Source: an uncultured Candidatus Rokubacteria bacterium
GTDB lineage: Bacteria > Methylomirabilota > Methylomirabilia > Rokubacteriales > CSP1-6
Reading direction: 5' to 3'
Assembly (NCBI GenBank): GCA_963747235.1
Contig: CAVVEU010000004.1
Location: 1 to 64,000 of the forward strand
DNA length: 64,000 bases
This document shows positions 30,740 to 41,005 of the stretch, piece by piece; position 1 is the first letter of the stretch, and every line of letters begins with the position of its first letter. Both the position numbers and the translations under genes were made by a program. The notes below the pieces were generated by a model. That model saw nothing but the letters and a program-made list of their open reading frames with translations, did no database searches and was not told where the DNA came from.

Positions 30740-31554
30740 GGCCGGTCCCCCTTCACGGTCACGCGGTGGCCGTGGCGGCGCTGCGGGAAGTAGTCCCACA
30801 TCGCGTGGTGCTGGACGGCGCGGTTGTCCCAGAACGCCACCGAGTTGACGCGCCACCGGAAGCGGCACTGGAACTCCGGCGTCTCGATGTGCTCGTAGAG
30901 CATGCGCAGCACGCCCGCGCTCTCGGTGCGGCTGAGCTGCGGGATGCGCGTGGTGAAGGTGCGGTTGACGAAGAGCGCCTTGCGGCCGGAGACCGGATGC
31001 GTGCGGATCACCGGGTGCTCCGCCTCCGGGAAGGTCCTGCCCTCGTCCTTCACGCCGTAGCGGCCGCGGTAGACGTGCTCGCCGCGGTGGATCGCGGTCA
31101 TGCCCTCGAGCAGCCGCTTCATGGGCTCGGAGAGCGCCTCGTAGGCCGCGTACATGCTGGCGAAGAGGGTGTCGCCCCCGACGGGGGGCAGCTCGTGCAT
31201 ATAGAGGATGCTGCCCATCGGCGGCTCGGGGTCGCAGGAGACGTCGGAGTGCCAGTTCTCGCCCGCCACGTGCTTCGAGCTCTCGTCGGCGTGGATCACC
31301 AGGATCTCGGGATGGCCCTCCACCAGGCCGGGGGCGGCGGGGTGCACCGCGAGCTCGCCGAAGAGGCGCCCGAACGCCTTCTGCTGCTCGGGGGTCATGT
31401 GCTGGTCCCGGAAGAAGATCACCTGGTTCTCGACGAGGGCGTCGTGCACCTGCTTGAACGTGGATTCGTCCAGCGGCCGCGCCAGGTCCACGCCGAGCAC
31501 CTCGGCGCCGATGTGGGGCGTGAGCTTCTCGACGGTCAGGGTCTGCTGCGTCAT
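30724..31554 (-). CDS. tauD: TauD/TfdA family 2-oxoglutarate/Fe(II) dioxygenase
   Basis: IGAEV.GVDL, WHSDVS (HxD), GGDTLF, HPVIRTHP, WDNR..QH, R.G.RVT. Confidence 0.88.
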   Translation of the reverse strand: MTQQTLTVEKLTPHIGAEVLGVDLARPLDESTFKQVHDALVENQVIFFRDQHMTPEQQKAFGRLFGELAVHPAAPGLVEGHPEILVIHADESSKHVAGENWHSDVSCDPEPPMGSILYMHELPPVGGDTLFASMYAAYEALSEPMKRLLEGMTAIHRGEHVYRGRYGVKDEGRTFPEAEHPVIRTHPVSGRKALFVNRTFTTRIPQLSRTESAGVLRMLYEHIETPEFQCRFRWRVNSVAFWDNRAVQHHAMWDYFPQRRHGHRVTVKGDRPYFRA

Positions 31555-31556
31555 GG

Positions 31557-32677
31557 TCAGCTCCTCTCGACGAGTGTCTGGAGCGCGGTCGCCGGCTCCC
31601 CGAGCGCGTCCGCCACCGCCGGGTGCACGACGCGCCCGCGCCAGATGTTGACGCCCTTCGCGAGCGGCGCGTTGTCCCGCACCGCCGCGGCCAGGCCCTT
31701 GCCGGCCAGCTCGAGCACGTAGGGCAGCGTCGCGTTGGTCAGCGCGAAGGTGGAGGTGCGCGGCACCAGCGCCGGCATGTTGGCGACGCCGTAGTGGACG
31801 ACGCCGGTGACGAGATAGGTCGGGTCGCTCAGCGTGGTCGGGTGGATCGTCTCCACGGTGCCGCCCTGGTCCACCGCCACGTCCACGATCACCGAGCCTT
31901 CCTTCATGGAGGCCACCATCTCCTGGGTGACCAGCACCGGGGCCAGGGCGCCGGTGACGAGCACCGCGCCGACCAGGAGATCGGCCCGGCGCAGCACCTG
32001 GCTGATGTTGAAGCTGTTGGACACCAGCGTGATCACGCGGCCGTGGAAGAGATCGTCCACCGCGCGCAGGCGATCGAGATTGATGTCGAGGATCGAGACG
32101 TCGGCGCCCAGGCCCAGCGCCATGCGCGCGGCATTGACGCCGACGGTGCCCGCGCCCAGCACCACGATGTTGCCGGGCGGCACGCCGGGGACGCCGGCCA
32201 GCAGGATGCCGCGGCCGCCGCGCGCCTTGGTGAGGAAGAACGCGCCTTCCTGTACCGACAGGCGCCCGGCGACCTCGCTCATCGGCGCGAGCAGGGGCAG
32301 CGTGCCGTCGGCGCGCTGCACCGTCTCGTAGGCGATCGCGATGACGCCCGAGGCCTGGAGCGCCCGCGCCAGCTCGGGCGCGGGCGCCAGGTGGAGGTAG
32401 GTGAAGAGGATCTGCCCCGGTCGGATCCGGGCGTACTCCTCCGGTACCGGCTCCTTCACCTTGAGGATCAGCTCGGCCTGCGCGCCACACTTCCTCGACC
32501 GATCGCGAGCGTCGCGCCCTCGCGCGTGTACTCCTCGTCGCGGATGCTGCTGCCGAGGCCGGCGCCGCGCTCGACGATCACCTGATGCTTGCCCTCGACC
32601 AGGGCGCGGGCGCCGGGCGGCGTGAGCGCCACGCGCTGCTCGCCCGACTTGATCTCGCGCGGCACGCCGACGATCAC
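31557..32677 (-). CDS. ald: alanine dehydrogenase (frameshift near 32490)
   Basis: IVGVPREIK.GEQRVALTP, KVKEP, FTYLHLA, PMSEVAGR, DVAVDQGG, YGVANMP, ALTNAT. Confidence 0.92.
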
Positions 32678-32711
32678 GCCGCCGCGGCTCCGCGGCTCGG
32701 CCGGGCGCGCG

Positions 32712-33515
32712 TCACGGCAGCGGGATCCGCGACGGCATCCCGGTCTGGACGGTGAGCCCGCCGTCGGCCACCAGCGCCGCGCCGGTGACGTAGGACGCGA
32801 GATCGGAGGCGAGGAACATCACGCACCCCGCGATCTCCTCGGGCCGGCCGAGCCGCCGCATCGGGATCATCGCGGTGGTGGTCTCCCCGAAGCCGCGCAG
32901 CCCCAGCGACGGGCGGAGCAGGGGGGTGTCGATCGCGCCGGGGCAGACGCAGTTGACCCGGATTCCGCGCGCCGCGTACTCGATCGCGGCCACCCGCGTG
33001 AGGTTGATCACACCCGCCTTGGCCGTGTTGTAGGCGCCGATGGCGAAGTCGGCGAAGAGGCCGGAGATGGACGCGGTGTTGACGATGACGCCGCCGCCGC
33101 GCGCGAGCAGCTCGGGGATGGCCCGCTTCATCGCGCGGAAGACGCCGGTGAGGCCGAGCTCGATGGTGTGCGTCCACACCGCCTCGTCGATGTCGGCGGT
33201 GAACGCCAGGCGGCTCCGGCCCGCGGGCAGCGCGGGCTGGCCGAAGGCATTGTTGTGGAGGATGTCGAGCCCGCCGAAGGTCTTGACGGTGCCGCCGATC
33301 ATCGCCTCGATGCCCGCCGGGGTGCCCGCGTCCGCCACGATGGCCGTCGCGGCGCCGCCCGCCTTCACGATCTCCGCGGTCACCGCCTCCGCCTTGCCGC
33401 CGTCGATGTCCGCCACCGCCACCCGCGCGCCCCGCTCGCCGAAGCCGAGCGCGGTGGCCCGCCCGATGCCGGATCCGGCGCCCGAGATGAGCACCACCTT
33501 CCCGTCGAATCGCAT
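32712..33515 (-). CDS. SDR family oxidoreductase
   Basis: GAGSGIG, NNA, YNTAK, VCPG, DGG. Confidence 0.92.
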   Translation of the reverse strand: MRFDGKVVLISGAGSGIGRATALGFGERGARVAVADIDGGKAEAVTAEIVKAGGAATAIVADAGTPAGIEAMIGGTVKTFGGLDILHNNAFGQPALPAGRSRLAFTADIDEAVWTHTIELGLTGVFRAMKRAIPELLARGGGVIVNTASISGLFADFAIGAYNTAKAGVINLTRVAAIEYAARGIRVNCVCPGAIDTPLLRPSLGLRGFGETTTAMIPMRRLGRPEEIAGCVMFLASDLASYVTGAALVADGGLTVQTGMPSRIPLP

Positions 33516-33528
33516 GGGGCCCGCCGCC

Positions 33529-34737
33529 CTACTTCCGGATCAAGGGACAGCCACCCTCGGCGAGCGGGCGGAAGGCCTGCTCGCCCGGGATCGTGCCCAC
33601 GATCTTGGCGAGATCCCACTCGCCCTTCGATTCGTCCGGCGTCTTCACCTGCATGAGGTACATGTCGCGGATCACCCGGCCGTCCTCGCGGATGCGGCCG
33701 TTCTTCGTCATGAAGTCGTTGATCGGCAGCTCCTTCATCTTCGCCATGACCGCCTTGGCCTCGTCGGTGCCGGCCGCCTTGACCGCTTTCAGGTAGTGCA
33801 GGGTGGCGCCGTAGGTCCCGGCCTGGATCATGGTGGGCGGCATGCCCTTCGCGGCGGCGAAGCGGTCGCTGAAGACGCGCGCCTCCGGCGTCATGTCCCA
33901 GTAGAACGAGCTGGCCATCAGCAGGCCCTGCGCGGTCCGCAGGCCGATGGCGCGCACCTCCGGATACTGGATGAGGAGCGCGGCCACCCGCTGGCCGCCC
34001 TTCTCGAGCCCGAACTCGTTGGCCTGCTTGATGGCGTTGGTGATGTCGGCGCCGCCGTTCGCCATCACCACCACCTTCGCCTTCGAGCTCTGCGCCTGGA
34101 GCAGGTAGGAGGAGAAGTCGGCGTTGTTCAGCGGGTGCCGGGCCGAGCCCAGCACCTTGCCGCCCGCCGCCTTCACGAACTCGGTCGCGTTCTGCTCCAG
34201 CGCGTGGCCGAAGGCGTAGTCCACCGTGATGAAGAACCAGCTATCGCCGCCCTGCTTCACGATCGCGCTGGCGAGGGTCTTGCCCTGGCCGTAGGTGTCG
34301 TAGACCCAGTGCACGCTGTGGGCCGAGCACGCCTTCCCGGTCAGGTCGGACGTCGCGGCCGCCGTGGGCATCACCAGCCGGTTCGTCTGCTCGGCCAGCT
34401 TCACCACGCCGAGGGCGATCGCGGAGTGGGGGATGCCGATGATCATGTCCACCTGGTCCTGCTCGTACCACCGCCGCGCGATCCCGACGCCGACGTCCAC
34501 CTTGTTCTGCATGTCGGCCGAGATCACCTCGATCGGCTTGCCGAGCACGGAGCCGCCGAAATCCGCCACCGCCATCCGCACCGCCAGGAGGTCGCCCGGC
34601 CCGGTGTTGTCCGCGTAGGGGCCGGACATGTCGTCCAGCACCCCGATCTTGATCACGCCATCCTGGGCGCCACTTTGGCCCTGGGCCAGGACCACGACGG
34701 CAACGAGTGCAACCAACGCAGCATTGAGCCGGCGCAT
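33529..34737 (-). CDS. branched-chain amino acid-type ABC substrate-binding protein
   Basis: IKIGVL.DMSG.YAD, AD.QNK.D, DYAFG, DFSSYLLQA, IREDGR. Confidence 0.92.
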   Translation of the reverse strand: MRRLNAALVALVAVVVLAQGQSGAQDGVIKIGVLDDMSGPYADNTGPGDLLAVRMAVADFGGSVLGKPIEVISADMQNKVDVGVGIARRWYEQDQVDMIIGIPHSAIALGVVKLAEQTNRLVMPTAAATSDLTGKACSAHSVHWVYDTYGQGKTLASAIVKQGGDSWFFITVDYAFGHALEQNATEFVKAAGGKVLGSARHPLNNADFSSYLLQAQSSKAKVVVMANGGADITNAIKQANEFGLEKGGQRVAALLIQYPEVRAIGLRTAQGLLMASSFYWDMTPEARVFSDRFAAAKGMPPTMIQAGTYGATLHYLKAVKAAGTDEAKAVMAKMKELPINDFMTKNGRIREDGRVIRDMYLMQVKTPDESKGEWDLAKIVGTIPGEQAFRPLAEGGCPLIRK

Positions 34738-34820
34738 CACTCGGGTCCTCCTCGATGGGGTTCGCGGCTGGGCCCGATCCTGCGCCCGGGCCGCCGTCGG
34801 GTCAAGCCTCCCGCAGTTCT

Positions 34821-34848
34821 TTGACCTCCCGCGCAGAATCCGTACACT
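34821..34848 (+). promoter_or_regulatory. sigma70-like promoter TTGACC-N16-TACACT, probably giving a leaderless mRNA
   Basis: The -10 ends 7 nt before ATG 34856; no SD sequence present. Confidence 0.55.
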
Positions 34849-34855
34849 GGCCCCC

Positions 34856-35185
34856 ATGCTCTACGATCCGGGGGTCTGGCTGTTCGGGCTGGCGGTGGCG
34901 CTGTTCCTCGCGGGCGTCCTGGGCGTGGTCCTGTCCACCCGGCGCGTGCCGCCGAACGAGGCGCTCGACCTGCCCGGTCTCGGCGCCGATCCGGGGGCCG
35001 AGCGTCAGCTCATGCAGCTCGAGGCGGAGGTGGAGCGGCTCCGTGCCGAGCGCGATGAGCTTCAGACCGTCCTCGGCCGGCTCGCGTCGCTGCTGGAGCG
35101 GCGGTACCCGCAGCTCTCCCCGGAGCGCCGCGCGCAGCTCGTGACCACGCCGGACGACGGGGAGCATCGGGCCGGCGGCAGCTAG
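34856..35185 (+). CDS. small single-TM coiled-coil protein
   Basis: N-terminal TM WLFGLAVALFLAGVLGVVL; heptad region LMQLEAEVERLRAERDELQTVL. Confidence 0.65.
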   Translation: MLYDPGVWLFGLAVALFLAGVLGVVLSTRRVPPNEALDLPGLGADPGAERQLMQLEAEVERLRAERDELQTVLGRLASLLERRYPQLSPERRAQLVTTPDDGEHRAGGS

Positions 35186-35189
35186 AGGC

Positions 35190-35420
35190 ATGCCCGTGCC
35201 GCTCCAGCGCTCGCGCGAGCACAAGATGATCGCCGGCGTCTGTGGCGGCATCGCGGAGTGGCTCGGCTGGGATCCGACCATCGTCCGCATCCTGTACGTG
35301 GTGGTGTCCTGCGTCTCGGTGGCGTTCCCCGGGATCCTCGCCTACATCGTGCTCTGGCTCATCATGCCGAAGGCGCCCGTGTCAGAGCTCCTCCGGGGTC
35401 AGGACGACCGCCGTCCGTAG
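35190..35420 (+). CDS. pspC: PspC domain protein
   Basis: LQRSR..KMIAGVCGGIAE.LG.DPT.VR...AYIVLWLIMP. Confidence 0.9.
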   Translation: MPVPLQRSREHKMIAGVCGGIAEWLGWDPTIVRILYVVVSCVSVAFPGILAYIVLWLIMPKAPVSELLRGQDDRRP

Positions 35421-36252
35421 CGTCTCGCCCGGCTCCAGGACGAGCATCCCGCTGTCGGTCTGCCCCGCATCCGCCAGGTTGAACGCGTCGGTCACGTGGC
35501 TGACCGGCTCCACGCAGAAGAACGGCCGGCGCGCGGGTGTGAAGACCACGAGGTAGTCGAGCGGCGGCTCCGCTCGCATCACGAGCCGCGCCCCGAGCTC
35601 GGGCCACTCGATCGTCGCCCGCCGGCCCCAGCCCACGAAGCAGTTGTCCCGCCCATGCTCGAAGGGCGTCGCGGGGGGCGCCACCAGCTCGGTCGGGAGC
35701 TTCTCGTCGTCGGTGAGCCACATCGCGCGAACGTCCGCGGTGATCGTCGCGCGCGGGGTGCGGGGGAAGTAGGGGTGCCAGCCGAGCCCCGCCGGCATCG
35801 GGGAGGCGCTCTGGTTCGAGAGGCTCAGCTCGACGGTCAGGCTCGACGGCTCGAGGACGAACCGCTGCGTGGCGTGATAGGCCCACGGCCAGGCGCCGGC
35901 CGGATGCCGGTACTCGAGCTGCGCCTCCGCGGCCCGCACGTCGGTTGCCTGCCAGCGCGCCTGCCAGCCGTGACCGTGGATGGCGTGACGCTCGGGCGGC
36001 CGGTTGAGCGGCTCGACGACCGCGCGACCCCGAAACGAGAACCGGCCCCCGCGGATCCGGTTGGAATAGGGCACCAGCGGAAAGGCGGCGGCCCGGTACG
36101 GATGGCCAGCCCGCAGGACGCCGGCCGGAGTCGGGCGCAGCCACTCCCGCGTCACCGGGCCGCGCGCGAGCCAGTAGCGGGTGACCGCGCCACCGGCCTC
36201 CGGCGCCAGCTCGATCGCGGCGTCGCCCGCGCGCAGGGTGATCGAGATCCAT
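35382..36252 (-). CDS. aldose 1-epimerase family protein (frameshift near the start)
   Basis: FPLVPYSNRI, HAIHGHGW, GLGWHPYF, FFCVEPVSH. Confidence 0.88.
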
Positions 36253-36268
36253 CGCTCTCGCGCCGGAG

Positions 36269-36298
36269 CCTAGCACGGGCGCCCACCTGTGCTAGGTT
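36269..36298. promoter_or_regulatory. inverted repeat CCTAGCAC-N12-GTGCTAGG forming back-to-back extended -10 elements
   Basis: TG-C-TAGGTT on + and TG-C-TAGGCT on -, between the divergent epimerase and sugar dehydrogenase genes. Confidence 0.55.
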
Positions 36299-36305
36299 GT
36301 GCGCC

Positions 36306-37073
36306 ATGATCCGGTCCGCGACGTACCCGAGCCTCGAGGATCGCGTGGTGTTCGTGACGGGCGGCGGCAGCGGCATCGGCGCCGCCATCGTCGAGCACTT
36401 CTGCGCCCAGCGGGCCCGCGTGGCGTTCGTGGATATCCAGCGCGAGGCCTCGACCGCGCTCGTGGAGACGCTCCGGGCCCGCGGCCTGCCCGCGCCCGCG
36501 TTCATCCCGTGCGACCTGCGCGACATCGCGGCGCTGCGCGCGGCGGTGACGGAGGCGCAGGCGCGACTCGGGCCGATTCGCGTGCTGGTCAACAACGCGG
36601 CCCACGACGAGCGGCACACGATCGAGGCGGTCACGCCCGAGTACTGGGACGACCGCTTCGCGGTGAACCTGCGTCACCAGTTCTTCTCGGCCCAGGCGGT
36701 GGTGCCCGCGATGGAAGCGGCGGGCGGCGGCTCGATCATCAATCTCGGCTCGACGTCGTGGATGGTGGGCCAGGGCGGCATGCCGGCCTACCTGAGCGCC
36801 AAGTCCGCCGTCGTCGGGCTGACCCGCGCGCTCGCCCGCGACCTCGGGCCCCGGAGCATCCGGGTCAACTCGGTCGTGCCCGGCTGGATCATGACCGAGC
36901 GGCAGATCGCGCTCTGGCTCACGCCGGAGGGCGAGCAGGAGCTGCTGCGGCGGCAGTGTCTCAAGCGCAAGCTCCTGCCCGAGGACGTCGCGCGCGTCGT
37001 CCTGTTCCTGGCCGCCGACGATAGCGGCGCCTGCACCAACCAGAGCTACGTGGTGGACGGCGGCTGGGTGTAG
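36306..37073 (+). CDS. SDR sugar dehydrogenase (D-xylose 1-dehydrogenase-like)
   Basis: YPSL....V.VTGGGSGIG, NNAAHD.RH, VNLRHQFF, QCLK, DGGW resemble Caulobacter XylB-type pentose dehydrogenases. Confidence 0.85.
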   Translation: MIRSATYPSLEDRVVFVTGGGSGIGAAIVEHFCAQRARVAFVDIQREASTALVETLRARGLPAPAFIPCDLRDIAALRAAVTEAQARLGPIRVLVNNAAHDERHTIEAVTPEYWDDRFAVNLRHQFFSAQAVVPAMEAAGGGSIINLGSTSWMVGQGGMPAYLSAKSAVVGLTRALARDLGPRSIRVNSVVPGWIMTERQIALWLTPEGEQELLRRQCLKRKLLPEDVARVVLFLAADDSGACTNQSYVVDGGWV

Positions 37074-37140
37074 GAGACACGCGGTCCGGGGTATAGTCCC
37101 GGTGACGTACGACCCGCTCTCTCAAGGAGGTGTCCGCACA

Positions 37141-38037
37141 ATGCCCGGCACAGTCGGATTCATCGGTCTCGGGGCCATGGGCGATCCGATGGCGCTCAAC
37201 CTCGTCAAGCGCGGCTTCTCCCTCGTGGTCCACGACATCGATCCCGTGAAGGCCGAGCGGTGGCGCACGCGCGGCGCCGCCCTGGCGCCCTCGCCCGCGG
37301 AGGTGGCGGCCAAGGCCGAGCGGACGATCTGCATGGTGGAGACCACCGCGCAGGCCGAGGCGGTCATCGCGGGCGAGCGCGGCATCATCCACCTGGCGCG
37401 GGCCGGGCACATCGTGGCCTGCATGAGCACCATCGATCCGTTCGTGGCGCGCCGGCTCGCCGAGCAGCTCGCGGCGCGCGGCATCGCGATGGTGGACGCG
37501 CCGGTGAGCGGCGGCACCGAGCGGGCCGCCTCCGGCGAGCTCTCCATCATCGTGGGCGGCGACGCGCAGACGGTGGCCGCCTGCCAGGACCTCTTCCGCG
37601 CGATGGGCAAGAACGTGTTCCACATGGGCGGGCTCGGGCAGGGGCTCGCGATGAAGCTCGTCAACAACATGCTGATCCAGGTCAACACGGTCGCGGTGGC
37701 CGAGGCGCTCGTGCTCGGGGTGAAGGCGGGGCTCGACCCGCAGGCGATCTACGACGTGGTGCGGGTGAGCACGGGCAACAGCTTCGCGTTCGAGATGCGC
37801 GTGCCGCGGATGCTCAAGCGCGATTTCTCGCCCGGCGGCACGGTGGACATCTCGTTCAAGGACCAGGAGCTCGAGACCGCGTTCGCCAAGCAGCTCGGCG
37901 TGCCGGTGCTCCTGGCCAACATCACCCAGCAGGTCTACCAGATGGCGCGGGCGGCCGGTCTCAACAAGGAGGACGGCTCCGCGGTCGTGAAGATCTACGA
38001 GCAGCTCGCCGGCGTGAAGGTCGGCGGGAAGGGATAG
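37141..38037 (+). CDS. NAD(P)-dependent beta-hydroxyacid dehydrogenase (3-hydroxyisobutyrate DH family)
   Basis: GFIGLGAMG, DAPVSGG, KLVNN, KD. Confidence 0.9.
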   Translation: MPGTVGFIGLGAMGDPMALNLVKRGFSLVVHDIDPVKAERWRTRGAALAPSPAEVAAKAERTICMVETTAQAEAVIAGERGIIHLARAGHIVACMSTIDPFVARRLAEQLAARGIAMVDAPVSGGTERAASGELSIIVGGDAQTVAACQDLFRAMGKNVFHMGGLGQGLAMKLVNNMLIQVNTVAVAEALVLGVKAGLDPQAIYDVVRVSTGNSFAFEMRVPRMLKRDFSPGGTVDISFKDQELETAFAKQLGVPVLLANITQQVYQMARAAGLNKEDGSAVVKIYEQLAGVKVGGKG

Positions 38038-38041
38038 CGCG

Positions 38042-38725
38042 ATGGCGACCTACGTGCTGGTTCACGGAGCCTACCAGGGCGGCTGGATCTGGAAGCCGGT
38101 GGTCCAGCGCCTGCGCGCGGCCGGCCACGCGGTCCACGCGCCCACGCTCGACGGCTGCGCCGAGCGCGCCGATCAGATCCGCCCCGGCATCACGGTCGGG
38201 AGCCACGCCCGGGAGGTCGCCGGCCTGCTCTTCTACGAGGACCTCCGCGATGTCGTGCTGGTCGGCACGAGCTCGGGCGGCATGGTCATCTGCAAGGCGG
38301 CCGAGCTGGCCGCCGACCGCATCGCGCGCCTGGTCTTCGTGGACGCCCTCGCCCTGCTGCCGGGCGAGAAGGTGGGCGACATCGTGAGCCGGCCCCCGGG
38401 CGACGTGACCGCGGTGACGATCGCGCCGACGCGCGCCGACGCGGAGAGCCGCATGTTCTCGGACCTGGATCCGGCCACCCGCGCGTGGGCGCTCGCGCGC
38501 TACACGCCGCACCCGATCGCGGCGCTCGAGGCCCCGATGGAGCTGACCGATTTCTGGGATCGCAAGTGGCCCACCTCGGTGATCCGCTGCCGGCGCGCCA
38601 AGAACCCGCCCGAGCCGCACCAGCGCCGCACCGCCGAGCGCCTGAAGGGGAGCTACGCGGAGATGGACACCGGGCACTACCCGATGCTGAGCCAGCCGGA
38701 CGAGCTGGTGCGGCTGCTCGGCTGA
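38042..38725 (+). CDS. alpha/beta hydrolase (methylesterase-like)
   Basis: VLVHGAYQGGW.W, GTSSGG nucleophile, DTGHYPMLS. Confidence 0.88.
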   Translation: MATYVLVHGAYQGGWIWKPVVQRLRAAGHAVHAPTLDGCAERADQIRPGITVGSHAREVAGLLFYEDLRDVVLVGTSSGGMVICKAAELAADRIARLVFVDALALLPGEKVGDIVSRPPGDVTAVTIAPTRADAESRMFSDLDPATRAWALARYTPHPIAALEAPMELTDFWDRKWPTSVIRCRRAKNPPEPHQRRTAERLKGSYAEMDTGHYPMLSQPDELVRLLG

Positions 38726-39107
38726 TGGCCCGCCGGCCGGCCGCGCGACGCGGGGATCACCGTCGCGCCCAATCCGAACCGGGTGATCGTCCGGCTGGGC
38801 GGGGCGATCGTCGCCGACACGACCCGCGCGCTCGTCATGCGCGCGCCGGGGACGCCCGATCAGCAGTACATTCCTCGAGCCGACGTGGACATGACGCGCC
38901 TGGTCCGCACCGCGCACGTGACCCACTGCCCCTACAAGGGCGACGCGTCCTACTGGAGCATCCAGGGCGGCCCGCGCACCGTGGAGAACGCGGTGTGGAG
39001 CTACGAGACGCCGCACGACGACATGGCGCTCCATCTCGGGCTACCTCGCCTTCTACACGGATCGGGTGGACGCGATCGAGGAGCGGCCTCTCGACCCTCC
39101 GCGATGA
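38725..39107 (+). CDS. DUF427 family protein (frameshifted)
   Basis: YIPRADV, THCPYKGDASYW, NAVWSYE, YLAFY. Confidence 0.85.
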
Positions 39108-39958
39108 CGCGCCGGGCCGCCCTGCTCGCCGCGCTGCTCCTGCTGCCGGCGCAGGGGGCGCGGGCGCAGGCGCCGCCGGTCGCCGAGACCATCGCGATTC
39201 CGCTGATCGAGAAGCGGCTGCTCGGCGCGCCCCGCGAGCTCTCGCTAGAAGCCTTCCTGTACCGGCCCGCGTCGCCCGGGCCTCTGCCGGTGCTCGTCTT
39301 CAACCACGGCTCGACGGGCGCGGGGCGCGTCTCGCCGGCCGATACCGAGTACTACCGCTACCCCGAGGTCGCGCGCTTCTTCGTGGCGCGGGGCTGGGCG
39401 GTGCTGATCCCGATGCGGCGCGGCCGCGGCGGCTCGGGCGGCGAGTATCTCGAGCGCTACGATTGCGATCGCGCCATCCTGACCGCGGGCGTGGAGCGGG
39501 CGGTCGAGGACCTGGACGCCGTGCTCGCCTTCGTCGCCGCGCAGCCTTGGGCAGACCCGGCGCGACTCCTGCTGGGCGGCATGTCCCGCGGCGGCCTGCT
39601 CGCCGTGGTGTATCCCTCGCGGCGCACGGTCGCCGCGCGCGGCGTGGTCAGCTTCGCGGGGGGCTGGACGGTCGAGCGCTGCGACGGCCGCACCCGCTTC
39701 AACGCGGACACGTTCGCGGAGGCCGGCCGGATCGCCCGGCTGCCGATGCTCTGGTTGTACTCCGAGAACGACCGCAACTACGGCCCCGCGTCCGTGCGCT
39801 CCTACCACCAGGGGTTCGTCCGGGCGGGTGGGACCGCGACGCTCGAGATGTTCCCGCCCATCGGCCGCGACGGGCACATCCTGCTGCCGGGCGAAGTCCG
39901 CGCGTGGGGGTCCGCGGTGAGCGAATTCCTGACGCGGCTCGGCCTCGGCGAGCGCTGA
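39104..39958 (+). CDS. secreted alpha/beta hydrolase (dienelactone hydrolase-like)
   Basis: Signal peptide; FNHGS, PMRRG.G.S, GMSRGG, YSEND, DGH. Confidence 0.82.
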   Translation: MTRRAALLAALLLLPAQGARAQAPPVAETIAIPLIEKRLLGAPRELSLEAFLYRPASPGPLPVLVFNHGSTGAGRVSPADTEYYRYPEVARFFVARGWAVLIPMRRGRGGSGGEYLERYDCDRAILTAGVERAVEDLDAVLAFVAAQPWADPARLLLGGMSRGGLLAVVYPSRRTVAARGVVSFAGGWTVERCDGRTRFNADTFAEAGRIARLPMLWLYSENDRNYGPASVRSYHQGFVRAGGTATLEMFPPIGRDGHILLPGEVRAWGSAVSEFLTRLGLGER

Positions 39959-39974
39959 CGAGGAGGTGACGGAG

Positions 39975-40939
39975 ATGGAGAAGAAGTCGATTCCCGTGGC
40001 GAGCCTGCAGAACGTGCTCCCGCCGAACCTGGATCGGACCTACTTCGACGATGCGGCCACGAACCCGTTTCAGCCGCAGGCGCCGGCGTTCGAGCCGGTC
40101 AACGCGTGGTGGCTGGCCGAGACCGCGCTCCTGACCTACGCCGACGAGGAGTTCGCCCGCGGACAGTTCGAGCGGGCCGGCCTTGGCCAGGTCGCGTTCG
40201 TCTCGAACGCCGGGAGCCAGTGCTATCTGGTCGAGGGTCGCGACTTCGTGATCGCGGCATTTCGAGGGACCCAGGTGCCGAAGCCGGGCGCCACCCCGGA
40301 TCTCGTGCGGGGATTCGAGGAGACGGTCCGGGACTTCCTGGCCGATGTGAACATTCCGATTTGCCGAGGCCGGCCCGGGTCGACTCGTCCACGCCGGCTT
40401 CAAGGGGGCGCTCGATTCGATCTGGAGCGACCTCGAGCCCCGGCTCCTGGCGCACGCGCAGCGCCCGCCGCCCCATCTGGATGACGGGACACAGCCTCGG
40501 CGCCGCGCTGGCCACGCTGGCCGCGGACCGGCTCCGCACCGTGCAGGGCCTCTACGTCTTCGGATCTCCCGCCGTCGGCGATCGCGCGTTTGCCGACACG
40601 TTCCCCGTCAACGCGTTTCGAATCGTCCACCACCGCGACATCGTGGCCCGGGTGCCGCCCTTCGGGAGCCGGCCCGACAAGGGGCAGGCCGACTACGTCC
40701 ACGTGGGGGCGCTCAAGTACATCGACGGCGACGGGCGACTCCGGGACGAGGCGGACGGCACGGAATCCCTGCGCGGCCTCACGCGGGAGGCGATTCGCGC
40801 GCTCTTTCGCCTCCCGTTGCCGGCACGGCTCGCGGGGCTGTTCGACGCCGCTCGAGAGCCGTTCGACGACCATGCGCCCTTGTACTATGCGCTTCGTGCC
40901 TGGAACTGTTACGTGGACAGCCGGGCTGTCACCCAGTAA
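39975..40939 (+). CDS. lipase class 3 family protein (frameshifts near 40360-40450)
   Basis: AFRGT, VHAGF, TGHSLGAALA, FGSP.VG, DIVARVPP, DHAP. Confidence 0.85.
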
Positions 40940-41005
40940 GGGCACAAATCGTTTGACGGTAGCGATGGGCCCCCGTCATCCTCGACCCCGGCAAGGGGAG
41001 GTGCG

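Noticed and set aside
27673-31722. 1349-aa ORF as a giant fusion protein
   Set aside because: A chimera of the ligase N-terminus, out-of-frame sequence, the MATE transporter and antisense of tauD, caused by indels and GC-rich stop scarcity.
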